64,000 nucleotides of DNA from Candidatus Latescibacterota bacterium (GTDB taxonomy: Bacteria > Latescibacterota > UBA2968), in NCBI GenBank assembly GCA_965205975.1, contig OZ242195.1, positions 4,448,001 to 4,512,000 on the forward strand, written 5' to 3'. Each line of letters starts with the position of its first letter. The stretch's first letter is position 1. The notes below the pieces were generated by a model, which searched no databases, was not told the DNA's origin, and saw nothing but the letters and a program-made list of their open reading frames with translations. Both the position numbers and the translations under genes were made by a program. Below, in pieces: positions 35,676-46,900 of this stretch.

Positions 35676-37124
35676 TTAGTCCATCAGGGCGGCGAGTTCT
35701 TTTTCGACTTCGACGAGTTGTCGCATGTTGTCGAGAAAATAGGGGTCAATTTTGGTTGCGTCAAAAATTTCCTGTACGGATAGTCCCGCGTCGTAAGCCG
35801 TTTTGAGATAGGCCAATCGCTGCGAGTTGGGTTCGCGCAGGCCGCGTTCGAGAGCTTCGCGCGAGAGGGTGTTGGGATGGATGTCTTTGCCGTCGGCACC
35901 AAATCCCGCACGCCCGATTTCGAGAGAGCGCAAGCCTTTTTGCAGTGCTTCTTTAAACGTGCGACCTATGGCCATGGTTTCACCTACGGATTTCATTTGC
36001 GTGCCCAACAAATCATCGGTTTGGGGAAACTTTTCAAATGTCCAGCGCGGGATTTTGATAACGCAATAGTCGATGGTGGGTTCAAATGAGGCGGGCGTTT
36101 CGCGCGTGATGTCGTTTTGAATTTCGTCCAGGGTGTATCCAATGGCGAGCTTGGCGGCTATTTTGGCTATGGGAAAGCCCGTGGCTTTTGAGGCGAGTGC
36201 GGAACTGCGGGATACGCGGGGGTTCATTTCTATGACGACGCGTCGGCCCGTGTTGGGATCTACTGCAAACTGAATGTTGGAGCCGCCGGTTTCTACGCCG
36301 ATTTCGCGGATGCAGGCGATGGCGTCATCGCGCATTTCCTGATATTCTTTGTCGGTGAGCGTTTGCGCAGGTGCCACGGTGATGGAGTCGCCCGTGTGTA
36401 CGCCCATGGGATCGAAGTTTTCTATGGAGCAGATGATGACGACGTTGTCGTTTTGATCGCGCATGACTTCGAGTTCGAATTCTTTCCAGCCGATGATGGA
36501 TTCTTCTACGAGGATCTCTGTGGTGGGCGATAGGCTGAGGCCGTGTGCAGCAGCGTGTCTGAATTCTTCGATGTTGTACGCGGTGCCAGCACCTGTGCCA
36601 CCCAGGGTGTAGGATGGGCGGATGATGGCTGGGAATCCAATTTCAGCAGTGATGTCGAGTGCTTCTTTGAGGGTGTAGGCAAATCGGCCTTTGGGGAAGT
36701 CGAGGCCGATTTTGCCCATGGCTTTTTGAAAGGCTTCGCGGTTTTCGGCTTTTTCAATGGCGTGTGGTTTTGCGCCGATCATTTCGACATCGAATTTTTC
36801 GAGTGTTCCCTGTTCGTGCAGGGCCATGGCGGTGTTGAGGCCCGTTTGTCCGCCCAGTGTTGGGAGAAGGGCATCCGGGCGTTCTTTTTCGATGATGGCT
36901 GCGCATACTTCGGGTGTGACGGGTTCGACATAAGTCTGGTCAGCCATTTCGGGGTCGGTCATGATGGTGGCGGGATTGCTATTGACCAGCACGACTTCGT
37001 ATCCCTCTTCTTTGAGGGCTTTGCAGGCTTGGGTGCCAGAGTAGTCAAATTCACAGGCTTGTCCGATGACGATGGGACCAGAGCCGATGAGCATTATTTT
37101 TTTGAGGTCGGTTCGTTTGGGCAT
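35676..37124 (-). CDS. carB: Carbamoyl-phosphate synthase large subunit, N-terminal half
   Basis: [29 protein letters not shown] and [18 protein letters not shown]. Confidence 0.95.
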   Translation of the reverse strand: MPKRTDLKKIMLIGSGPIVIGQACEFDYSGTQACKALKEEGYEVVLVNSNPATIMTDPEMADQTYVEPVTPEVCAAIIEKERPDALLPTLGGQTGLNTAMALHEQGTLEKFDVEMIGAKPHAIEKAENREAFQKAMGKIGLDFPKGRFAYTLKEALDITAEIGFPAIIRPSYTLGGTGAGTAYNIEEFRHAAAHGLSLSPTTEILVEESIIGWKEFELEVMRDQNDNVVIICSIENFDPMGVHTGDSITVAPAQTLTDKEYQEMRDDAIACIREIGVETGGSNIQFAVDPNTGRRVVIEMNPRVSRSSALASKATGFPIAKIAAKLAIGYTLDEIQNDITRETPASFEPTIDYCVIKIPRWTFEKFPQTDDLLGTQMKSVGETMAIGRTFKEALQKGLRSLEIGRAGFGADGKDIHPNTLSREALERGLREPNSQRLAYLKTAYDAGLSVQEIFDATKIDPYFLDNMRQLVEVEKELAALMD

Positions 37125-37142
37125 TGGGTACAGGGTCCAAAA

Positions 37143-38714
37143 TCAGGTGGTGAGGTTCAGGTCAAAGTAGTCGGTGCTGTTGCGTATCTGGTGAATGGCG
37201 GCGGCAAAGTTTTCGATGATGTCACTGGCGATGAGGCTTATGTGTCCTGTTTTTTTCGCTGCAATGTCAGCGGCGAGGCCGTGGAGATAGACGGCTGTGC
37301 ATGCGGCGTCTGAGGGATTGAGTCCTTGACCGATGAGCGCGGCTATGAGGCCCGTTAGTACATCTCCTGTGCCGCCGGTGGCCATTCCCGGGTTGCCGGT
37401 TGGGTTGATGTGCGTTTTGCCTTCTGGCGTTGCGACGATGGTTGGCGCGCCTTTCAGGACTGTGGTGGCTTCGACGTGGGAAGCGAATTTCAGGGCCAGG
37501 GCTATGGGGTCGCGCTGTATTTCGGCGACACTACATCCGGTCAGGCGCGCAAATTCCCCGATGTGCGGGGTGAGTACCAGGGGTGTTTCGCAGGCGCGAA
37601 TCGCATCGAGGTCGCCGGCGAGGGCGTTGAGTGCGTCGGCGTCGATGACTGCGGGACAAACGCAGTTGCGCACGAGGCGGCGGACGAGTTCGACGGTTTC
37701 CCGATGGGTGCCTAAGCCTGGCCCAATGGCTATGCTGTCGGCTGTGCAACATGCGCGTTGTATATCGCCCCGAGCGCGCAGGGACAGGCATCTGACTTTT
37801 TTTACTTCGGGTAGCGGGTGGGTCATTGCTTCGGTGACTTTGATTTCGAGTATGTCGTTGAGGCTTTTGGGTACGCCGAGTGTGACGAGGCCCGCGCCTC
37901 CTTTGAGTGCTGCGTTTGCAGCGAGTGCCGCCGCGCCTGTGAGTCCCACGGATCCGGCGAGGATATATACTCTGCCGCAGTCTCCTTTGTGGGCGTCGGG
38001 TTCCCGGTGGGGGAGGAGGCGAGCACAGCGGCGGTTGTCGATCAGGTAGGTGCTGATGCGTTCGGACTCAATTGCCGACCGTGGTATCCCGATGTCGATG
38101 AGGTGCAATTTGCCGCACCGGGTGCGTCCGGGGAAGAAGAAGTGTCCAATGCGAGGCAGTGCAAATGTGACTGTGCATGTTGCGGCTGCACAGGGTCCTT
38201 CGATTTTGCCCGTGTCGGCGCTGAGTCCAGAGGGTATATCTACAGCGACGATGGGGCATTTGACGCGAGTGAGTGCGTCTATGAGGTCGGCGTATATGCC
38301 GCGGGGAGGACCTTGAATGCCCGTGCCCAATAGGGCGTCAACGGCGATGTCGGCATTGGTGAGTGCGTTTTGTACTGTTGCGATGTGGTCAACCGACTGC
38401 ACAATGTCCGGGGGCAGTCGGTCGAGGTTGGTTTTGGCATCGCCTGTTATTTCGCTGGCGGATGTGGCTGTGAATACCTGGACTTTTGCACCGCTTTGGG
38501 CTGCTTGTCTGGCAACGACAAAACCGTCGCCGCCATTATTGCCTTTGCCACACAAGATGACGATGTGCCGGTTTTGGAGTTCGCCCAACAGGTTTTCTAC
38601 TGCCCGGGTTACACCCTGGCCGGCGGCTTCCATAAGTTCAATGCTCGGCACACCACTGTCAATTGCCCGACGGTCAATGGATGCCATCTGGGAGCCGGTG
38701 ATAAGCTCAGTCAT
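37143..38714 (-). CDS. nnr: Bifunctional NAD(P)HX epimerase/dehydratase (YjeF)
   Basis: GKGNNGGDG, DALLGTG, VDIPSG, HKG, DADALN, TPHxGE and MATGGTGDVL. Confidence 0.95.
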   Translation of the reverse strand: MTELITGSQMASIDRRAIDSGVPSIELMEAAGQGVTRAVENLLGELQNRHIVILCGKGNNGGDGFVVARQAAQSGAKVQVFTATSASEITGDAKTNLDRLPPDIVQSVDHIATVQNALTNADIAVDALLGTGIQGPPRGIYADLIDALTRVKCPIVAVDIPSGLSADTGKIEGPCAAATCTVTFALPRIGHFFFPGRTRCGKLHLIDIGIPRSAIESERISTYLIDNRRCARLLPHREPDAHKGDCGRVYILAGSVGLTGAAALAANAALKGGAGLVTLGVPKSLNDILEIKVTEAMTHPLPEVKKVRCLSLRARGDIQRACCTADSIAIGPGLGTHRETVELVRRLVRNCVCPAVIDADALNALAGDLDAIRACETPLVLTPHIGEFARLTGCSVAEIQRDPIALALKFASHVEATTVLKGAPTIVATPEGKTHINPTGNPGMATGGTGDVLTGLIAALIGQGLNPSDAACTAVYLHGLAADIAAKKTGHISLIASDIIENFAAAIHQIRNSTDYFDLNLTT

Positions 38715-38904
38715 AGGGGAGGGTGCGAGGTTAAGCGCGCGGTGTGAGATTCTCTAAGTCATGTTACAAGTTTGTGCCTAAAAATACAGGAAGGGCACGG
38801 GCAACGCAAATTCTTTTTTGGTGGATGTGATTTTTGGATTTTTGATTGCTAAATAGAAGAAAAACAAAGTTTAAGTGTGGTTGAGATGGGTTGATACAAA
38901 CCGC

Positions 38905-38933
38905 TTGACAGAGATGGTGCGCTTGTCTATACT
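38905..38933 (+). promoter_or_regulatory. Sigma-70 promoter of the tRNA-Ser cluster
   Basis: TTGACA-N17-TATACT, 13 nt upstream of the tRNA. Confidence 0.8.
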
Positions 38934-38946
38934 TTTCGGATGATGC

Positions 38947-39034
38947 GGTGGGGTGCGAGAGCGGTCGAATCGGGCGGTCTTGAAAACCGTTGACCTTCAC
39001 GGGTCCGTGGGTTCGAATCCCACCCCCACCGCCA
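38947..39034 (+). tRNA. tRNA-Ser(TGA)
   Basis: GGTGGGG/CCCCACC acceptor stem, CT-TGA-AA loop, long variable arm, TTCGAAT and encoded CCA. Confidence 0.95.
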
Positions 39035-39151
39035 TATTAATTAAAAATTAAAAATTAAAAATTGAGAAGCGGTGTACAACTCACGTCTTACCGCCTTTTA
39101 CTTGCATTTATATACTACCTTTGTTACTTTTGGCTGTTCGTTTTTGTTTGC

Positions 39152-39243
<92 letters not shown>

Positions 39244-39276
39244 AAAAATAAGCGGTTAATTAATAGGTCTTTTTAG

Positions 39277-40698
39277 ATGTCAGACACGGTTTTGCGTTTC
39301 GCGCCGTCTCCCACAGGTGGGTTTCATGTGGGGAATGCGCGAACGGCGATTTTTAATCATCTTTACGCGAGGCACTACCAGGCAAAGTTGTTGTTGCGCG
39401 TGGAAGATACAGATCGAGAGCGTTTTACAGAGTCGTCGCTTCAGACGATTCTGGACGGTTTGAACTGGCTCGGTGTTGATTTTGACGCCGAGCCAGTGTT
39501 TCAGTCGCGCAATGCCGAGGCGCATAAGCAAGCCGCAGCGCGTTTGGTGGAGACGGGGCATGCGTATTATGGCTATGAGACTGCCGAAGAGCTCGATGCG
39601 ATGCGCCGGCAGGCGCAGGTCGAGAAGCGGCGCGTGCGCTACGATCGGGATTTGACGCCGGAACAGCAGGCGGCTTATGAAGCCGAGGGGCGGCCAAAGG
39701 TTGTGCGGTTTAAGGTGCCTGCGGATGAGACGGTCTGGCACGATCGCATTCGGGGTGTGCAGCGGTGGGATAATGCCGAGGTTGAGGACTTTGTTTTGTT
39801 GCGGCCCGATGGGTCTCCTGTTTACAATCTCGCGGTGGTGGTGGATGATCACGATATGGGTGTGAATATGGTGTTGCGGTCTGCGGATCATTTGTCGAAT
39901 ACACCGAAGCAGATTATGCTGTTTGAGGCGCTTTCGTGGATGGTGCCGGAGTATGGGCATTCGACACTGATTTTGGGTCCCGATGGCAGCAAATTGTCAA
40001 AGCGCCACGGTGCGACGACGATTTCGGAGTATCGGGAGCGGGGATTTTTGTCGGATGCGATGTTCAATTATCTCGCGCTGTTGGGATGGGCTCCCGGGGA
40101 TGAGCGCGAGGTGTTTGCGCGAGATGAGTTGACAGAGGCGTTTTCGGTTGCGGGGTTGCTCAAGAGAGATGCGGTTTTTGATGAGAAGAAGCTGATCTGG
40201 CTCAATGGTGAGCATATGCGTCTTCGTCCGGTGGATGCGGTTCTGGATGATGCGATACCGATTTGGATTGCGGAGGGATGGCTTACAGATGCAGAGGCTT
40301 CTGATCGGCGGGATGAGTTGTTGAGGATTGCGGAGTTGTTGCAGCCGCGGTTGCATACGCTTGAGGATTTGAAGCATACGGGTTATTTTTTTGAGGATCC
40401 GGTGTCGTATGATGCAAAGACGGCTAAGAAGAACTGGAAGACGGATACGCCCGAGCGCGTTGCGTTGATGATTGCGCGTTTGCAGGGTTTGGATTCGTTT
40501 GGAGAAGGCGATATTGAGGGTGTGACGCGCACACTGTCTGGTGAACTGGGAATTTCGGCTTCGAGGCTGATTCATCCGACGCGGCTCGCGCTTTGCGGCG
40601 TTGGGTTTGGGCCGGGGTTGTTTGAACTGATGGCTGTGCTCGGAAGGGAGACGTGTATTCGCAGGCTGAAGAAGGCGCTGGAGGTTTTGGGGTCATAG
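39277..40698 (+). CDS. gltX: Glutamate--tRNA ligase
   Basis: RFAPSPTG, HVGN, RVEDTD, VVDD and KLSKR. Confidence 0.95.
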   Translation: MSDTVLRFAPSPTGGFHVGNARTAIFNHLYARHYQAKLLLRVEDTDRERFTESSLQTILDGLNWLGVDFDAEPVFQSRNAEAHKQAAARLVETGHAYYGYETAEELDAMRRQAQVEKRRVRYDRDLTPEQQAAYEAEGRPKVVRFKVPADETVWHDRIRGVQRWDNAEVEDFVLLRPDGSPVYNLAVVVDDHDMGVNMVLRSADHLSNTPKQIMLFEALSWMVPEYGHSTLILGPDGSKLSKRHGATTISEYRERGFLSDAMFNYLALLGWAPGDEREVFARDELTEAFSVAGLLKRDAVFDEKKLIWLNGEHMRLRPVDAVLDDAIPIWIAEGWLTDAEASDRRDELLRIAELLQPRLHTLEDLKHTGYFFEDPVSYDAKTAKKNWKTDTPERVALMIARLQGLDSFGEGDIEGVTRTLSGELGISASRLIHPTRLALCGVGFGPGLFELMAVLGRETCIRRLKKALEVLGS

Positions 40699-40734
40699 AT
40701 GGTGCGTGCTATCTCGAAACGCTAATTATATTTT

Positions 40735-40808
40735 TGCCCCCTCGTCTAATGGCAAGACATGCGGCTCTGGACCGTAGAATCGGGGTTCGAATCCCTGGGG
40801 GGCAACCA
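40735..40808 (+). tRNA. tRNA-Gln(CTG)
   Basis: TGCCCCC/GGGGGCA stem, CT-CTG-GA loop, TTCGAAT and CCA. Confidence 0.93.
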
Positions 40809-40817
40809 CAAAAAATA

Positions 40818-40853
40818 AAAAGCCCGTCAATCGGTGGTGATTGACGGGCTTTT
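40818..40853. terminator. Bidirectional intrinsic terminator
   Basis: AAAAGCCCGTCAATC-loop-GATTGACGGGCTTTT between tRNA-Gln and the convergent adhesin gene. Confidence 0.85.
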
Positions 40854-40944
40854 GTTTGTACTCGAGGTGAGCAAAGGGATAACGCCACTGGACAAAGAGC
40901 CCAGCCCCAAATATGTGCGCTTGGCCCGGTCTTATCCTTCGCCG

Positions 40945-43900
40945 CTACCAGCCTATTGTGGCGCGTCCAGTAACCCCGTTATCCGCACCGATAGACAACG
41001 GACTCGCGCGCCGATGGGCATCGAGGTTCAACTCAAACCTCAAACCCTCGCTAACGAGTGTACCGATGCCATAACCAACGCGATAATCCCGACCTTGAGC
41101 CGAGGTCGCAAAGCCCAAACGCGGCGTGCCCACAAAGCGCCTGCCCAACGCCAACCCATACCCCAGGTCCGCATCGAGCCGGTTGCCCGTCGCATAACCA
41201 CCACCCGCTATGCCCGACATCGTGGGCCGACCCCACAACGCCTCGGCTCCGCTCGTCGCCTGACCGCCCCACGAAGGCGACATACGCATCGTCAAACCCA
41301 ATGGCGTCGATGGACTCGGATTGTAACTGAAAGACACTGCCATACCGCGCTCACGGTAGCCTTCCGCCTCGTGGACCAGCAACGTCCGCACGCGCATATC
41401 CACCTCCAGACCCGTCAAAGGATCCGAAACGACCAGACCCCCTGCGATATCCAGACCCGATCCTGTCTCGGCATCGCCCCCATCGTGACGAAGACCAACC
41501 ATCACGCTCGGAGATAGAGACAATCGGCTCCGGAACGTCAGGGCATGAGATCCCTCAAGCGCTGTGCGCACACGGCTTACCACTGAACGCGTCGCTGCCA
41601 GATTGCCCGAAGAACCAGATACTGCCTCGCTCGACGTACCTACCCACAACGCATCGGCCTTATACGACAACCTGAAACCGTCTGCGCTCCTGCCGATCAA
41701 TTCGCCGCGCGTGCCCACCGCCGCCAGCGACATCGACAGACCCGCCGACAGTTGCGAGGCGCCTTCTTGACTCAGCAGCATACCACCCACACCGTAGCCA
41801 CCTACTGCCCACACCGTCATCCGATCCGTCAAACGATAGCCCAGCCACGGATAAAGACCCGTCACCGACGAAGCCACACGACCACCACCCACCCCACCCG
41901 TGTAACTGCCCAATCCCCAACTGCGAGACAAAGACAAGCCCACCAGAAAAGGTCCCTTCGCGTAGTCAGTACCGAGCATCGCCGTGCGAACAGTGCCATC
42001 CAGACCCAGATCATCTTCGCGACCAAAAAAGGACGACCGCGCACCACGGCTCCAGAAAGAGAACACGCCTCCCCGATCCATCTCACGGTTAAGCGTAAAC
42101 GACGAACCCGTCAGCACATCGCCCCTGGTGAAAAGCGACCTCAGCATGCCTGCAAGACCAAAGGAAGAGCCAGACGACGCCATCCCTACATCGCGCCGCC
42201 CCAACGACGGGTTGTGTGACCCATACCCGCCAAGACCATACACAAAGCGATTCGCCACATCCCTGACCATATCCTCAGCACGACCCAACTGATGACCCGC
42301 CAAACGCCCCTCAAAACCCGACTCACGCCGTGCCTGCAGACGCTCCTCCACATATTCCACCACCTGCAACGCCGCCGTCCGACCAAACCGCGCAAGCAGG
42401 CCCTTAGGCATTGGATCGATGTTCTCGATGGTGCCAGTTGCATCCGCGTCGGAGAGATACGCGTTGCCGCCCGACGCGTTGGAGAGCGTCAGCGTGAACG
42501 TCTCTGAACCCTCGTCAATGGCATCGTCGAGCACTGGCACCGAAATTGTCTTCTCTGTCTGTCCCGCATCGAACGTCAGCGTACCCGACGTAGATGTGTA
42601 GTCCACTCCGACCGTTGCCGTGCCGTCAGAGGTCGCATAATCCACTGTCACGGTCTCCGACAAAGCCCGACTCAGCGTCACTGCAAAATCGACTGTCGCA
42701 TTGGCAGCCTCCTGCACGCTCGCATCCGCCACAGACAACCCCGGCGGCCCCTGAACTGTCGCCGATACTGCCCCCTGCAACTGACGACCATCGGACGTCT
42801 CCACGGCGCCAGCCGGCAGGCTGATCGTCACCGCATCATACGTATCCGGCGCCACCGTGATCTCCCAACCCTGGTTGTTGCCCGACACGAGACGCCCCGC
42901 CTTCGTCACCGCACCCCCCGTCACCGTGAAGGCATTATCGCGCAGCGTCCGGTAGCTAAGACCCACCACATCCTCACTGAAATGCAATTCGAACTTGAAC
43001 GCACTCGACCCGTCGTGGGACGACGGCACATTTCCGAAACTCGCTGTCAACGGCTCGGGTTCCGTATCGGGCGGCTGATTCTGGACGGTCTGTGCCACCG
43101 TCGCCGAAACCGTCTCCGAAACTGTCGCCGACAACGGGCGGTTATCCTCGGTGCAGATCGCACCGGTCTCCCCACAGTCTGCCGCAAGCAGTGTGATCGT
43201 CACATCCTGATCATTGTCGGGCGTAACCGTCACATTCCACGCCTGATTCTTCCCCGTTTCCTGGCGCCCTACCCCGGTGAGTTCCCCATTGGTCACCTGC
43301 AGCGCGTGATCGCGTAGCGTCCGGTAGCTCAGGTTGAACTCCTCGGAGAAGTGCAACTCAAAGGTGAACGCGGATTCGCCGTGGGAAGCCGGCAGTCCCT
43401 GGAACTCCGCCGTCAACGGCTCGACCGGATCGTTGTCAGGTGGATCGTTAGTTGGGGGAGACCCTGCGACGGTGATGGTGGCCTCGCCGCTCCAGCCTCC
43501 GGAGGTGCCGCTATATGAGGCGCGTATCTTCACCTTGTATTCTTCTCCGTCCTCCAGACCCGTGATGGTGTAGGAAGGTTCGGTGGGATAGGCATTGCCA
43601 GTGTTGTCGGTCCAGGTCTTGTAACCCTCGTCCTGCTTTGCCCATGTTATGCGGTAGTTGGCCGGAGCCTCCGTTGGTGCTTCCCAAGAGGCCTGGATGG
43701 TTCCGGGCGTGTCTGCCGTCAGGGTAATGGTTCCGATGTCGCGGGCACCGCGCGGTTCTTCCGGTTCCAGCACGACGGTATTGCCCGAAGGTGGATCGGT
43801 CGAATCGTGGTTGTTAATGGTCCCGGTCGCAGTCGCATCTGAGAGATACGCATCGCCACCCGATGCGTTGGAGAGCGTCAGCGTAAACGTCTCTGAACGC

Positions 43901-46900
43901 TCGTCAACGGTATCGTCAAGCACCGGCACCGAGACCGTCTTTGAGGTCTCCCCCGGGACAAAGGTGAGCGTGCCAGAGGTTTCCTCATAATCTTCCCCAG
44001 CCGTCGCCGTGCTGTCCGAGGTCGCATAATCTACCGTCACCGTATCTGCCACCGACCGGCTCAAGGTCACCTCGAACGCCGCCGTGGCATCTGCCGCCTC
44101 GGTCACTTCGGTATCCGCCACCGAGAGCACGGGCGGACCCTTGATCCGTGCGAAAAGCCGGTTCGACAGCTTCCGTCCGTCTTCTGTACACACCGCACCC
44201 TCGTCATTGCAATTCTCGGTCGGGTTAATCGTAATGGTGAAGTCCTCGGTCGCGTATTCGGCATCGGATTTCCTGCGTTCCACCACGACCCCCCAGCGCT
44301 TCCCACTCGGCGGATCGAGCTTGTACCCTCTTTTTGCATTGTAGGCGCGCGGACCGAGCCGCATAATCAGCGTCTCTAATCGCAGCGTCATATAGTTGTA
44401 GCTGCTTGCGGGTTCCTCGCTGAACACAATACGGAATTCGATCGGGCCGACGCCGTCATGGACCTTCGGGAGGCTGCCCTCCTCGAATTTTACCGTGAAC
44501 TTCGGTGCGGGGATCTTCGCCGTGATCGTCGCCGGGGCCGCGCGGTTGCCCGCCCTGTCCTGTATCGGGTTCTCCGAAGGCACCGCGTAGCTCACCCTCA
44601 CAGAATCGCCGGGTGCCGCCGCCGAGGCAAACCTCAGCATCACGGTCAATCCGCTCACCACGACCGGATCGCTCGATGCCAGATCCCGCGTCTGACCGCC
44701 CACCGTCACTGTGAACGCATCCACTCCCGGCGTGGAGGTCTCGTCAAGTGCTTCGCTATACGTCAGCACCACCGAGTCCCGGCGCGCCACGGCAGCCTCG
44801 AACGCCGGCGCCGTTGTGTCACCTTCCGGTGTGTGGTTGGTCACTGCCTGATCGCTCAACGCCACCACCGCATTGCCCGCCCTGTCCTGTATCGGGTTCT
44901 CCGAAGGCACCGCGTAGCTCACCCTCACAGAATCGCCGGGTGCCGCCGCCGAGGCAAGCCTCAGCATCACGGTCAATCCGCTCACCACGACCGGATCGCT
45001 CGACGCCAGATCCCGCGTCTGACCGCCCACCGTCACTGTGAACGCATCCACTCCCGGCGTGGAGGTCTCGTCAAGTGCTTCGCTATACGTCAGCACCACC
45101 GAGTCCCGGCGCGCCACGGCAGCCTCGAACGCCGGCGCCGTTGTGTCACCTTCCGGTGTGTGGTTGGTCACTGCCTGATCGCTCAACGCCACCACCGCGT
45201 TGCCCGCCCTGTCCTGTATCGGGTTCTCCGAAGGCACCGCGTAGCTCACCCTCACAGAATCGCCAGACGCAACCGCCGAGGCAAGCCTCAGCCTCACGCG
45301 CCGCCCATCTACTGCCACCGGATCGCTCACCGCCAGATCCCGCGTCTGACCGCCCACCGTCACGGTGAACGCATCCGCGGCCGGTGTGGCGTCCTCGTCG
45401 AGTCCATCCCTGTACAATAGTACCAGTTGCGCGCCATCCACCTCCGCACGCAAAAACGCCGGCGCAGTCTCATCTACTGCGTTCGGATCACTCGGCATAA
45501 TATCCCAAAACGCCCTGTTCGACAGGGGTCGCCCGTCCTCGGTGCAGATCGCCCCTTCCGCGTCGCAGTCGGTGGTGGGTAGCAATTCGACCCGAATCGT
45601 CTCGTTGTACAGCGGCTTGATCCAGAACACCCAGGTCTTTGGCTGATTCTCTTTGGGGAACGCGTTCGTGACCTCGCCGTTGGTACTCCGGACCGCATCC
45701 CGCATGGCCTCGCGCGAGGTCGTCACCGGATAGCTGAACTCGGCGTTGAGCGCGAACAGCTTCGAGCCGTCGTGCCCGTCGCCGTACCTCTGCCACTGAA
45801 CCGTAAGCGGAATGCTCGCCGGTCCCTTCACGCGGACTTCCGCACCCGACGACAACTTGCGCCCGTCCGTCGCGCACAGCGCGCCCGAGTCGCCGCAGGA
45901 TTCGGGTGGTGCGACCGATAGAACCACGTCCTCGATCAAGGACGGCGCCACCGTGAGCCGCCAACTGTGGCGGAGTCCGATTTCGTGCTCCGCCGACCGT
46001 ACCCGACCGCCGGTGACGGCAACCGCTCTGTTGGTCATCGTCCACTTGTTCAGGTCGGCCGCCCCGTTGAAGTCGAGCCACACCGTAAAATCTTCCGAGC
46101 CGTCGTGCGCCGCTGGCGCGTCGAACTCGGCCGTCAGCGGCGGCACGGTCCCCTCGGCAATCGTCGCTGTCACGGCCTCCGACAGAGGACGGCTATCTTC
46201 CGTACACACCGCGTCCTCGGCGTCGCAGTCCGTCGTGGCTGGCAGTTCGACTGTCACGTCGCCGCCCGTCGGCTCGAGCGTGACCTCCCAAGCCGCGTTC
46301 TCTGGGCCCTCACCATTCAACCGGCGCGCCCGCGTTAGCTGGCCGTTTGTCACGCTCAGGACGTGGTCGCGCATCGCAGTCCACGACACGGCGGTCGCCT
46401 CGCTGAAACGCACCTGCAGCACGAATGGCACGCCCGCGTGCGCCTCCGGCGCGCCCTCAATGGTCGCCGTCAACGGCGGCGGGGGCGGCGGTGATGATAG
46501 GACAGTCGCCACGACCGCGGCAGAGAGCGGGCGGGCGTCCTCCGTACACACCGCATCCTCGGCGTCGCAGTCTGCGCTCGTCGGCAGCGTGATGGTGACG
46601 TCTTCATCGACGTCCGGCGTAATGGTGATCTCCCAGTTGTGGTTCTTATTTGACACCAGCCGGCGCGCCGCCGTGACCTCGCCGTTCGTGACCGAGAGCA
46701 CATCCGACTGCCCGTTGCTGCCCATGATCTTCTGATGGCTCACCGAGACGTTCTCATCGCTGAACACGAGCTCGAACTTGAATGGATTCCCGCCGTGTAT
46801 CGCCGGCAGTTTCCAGAACTGCGCCGTCAATGGCGCGGACTGGCTCGTTTCCAGTTGCGTGCCGACCCGGCTCACTGGCTGACTGAAACTCTCGGCATCG

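Noticed and set aside
33862..37124. carB as a pseudogene
   Set aside because: Both halves are full-length with intact motifs and a clean stop/start junction.
39038..39063. (TAAAAAT)n heptamer run after tRNA-Ser
   Set aside because: A short low-complexity intergenic repeat with no evident partner or function.
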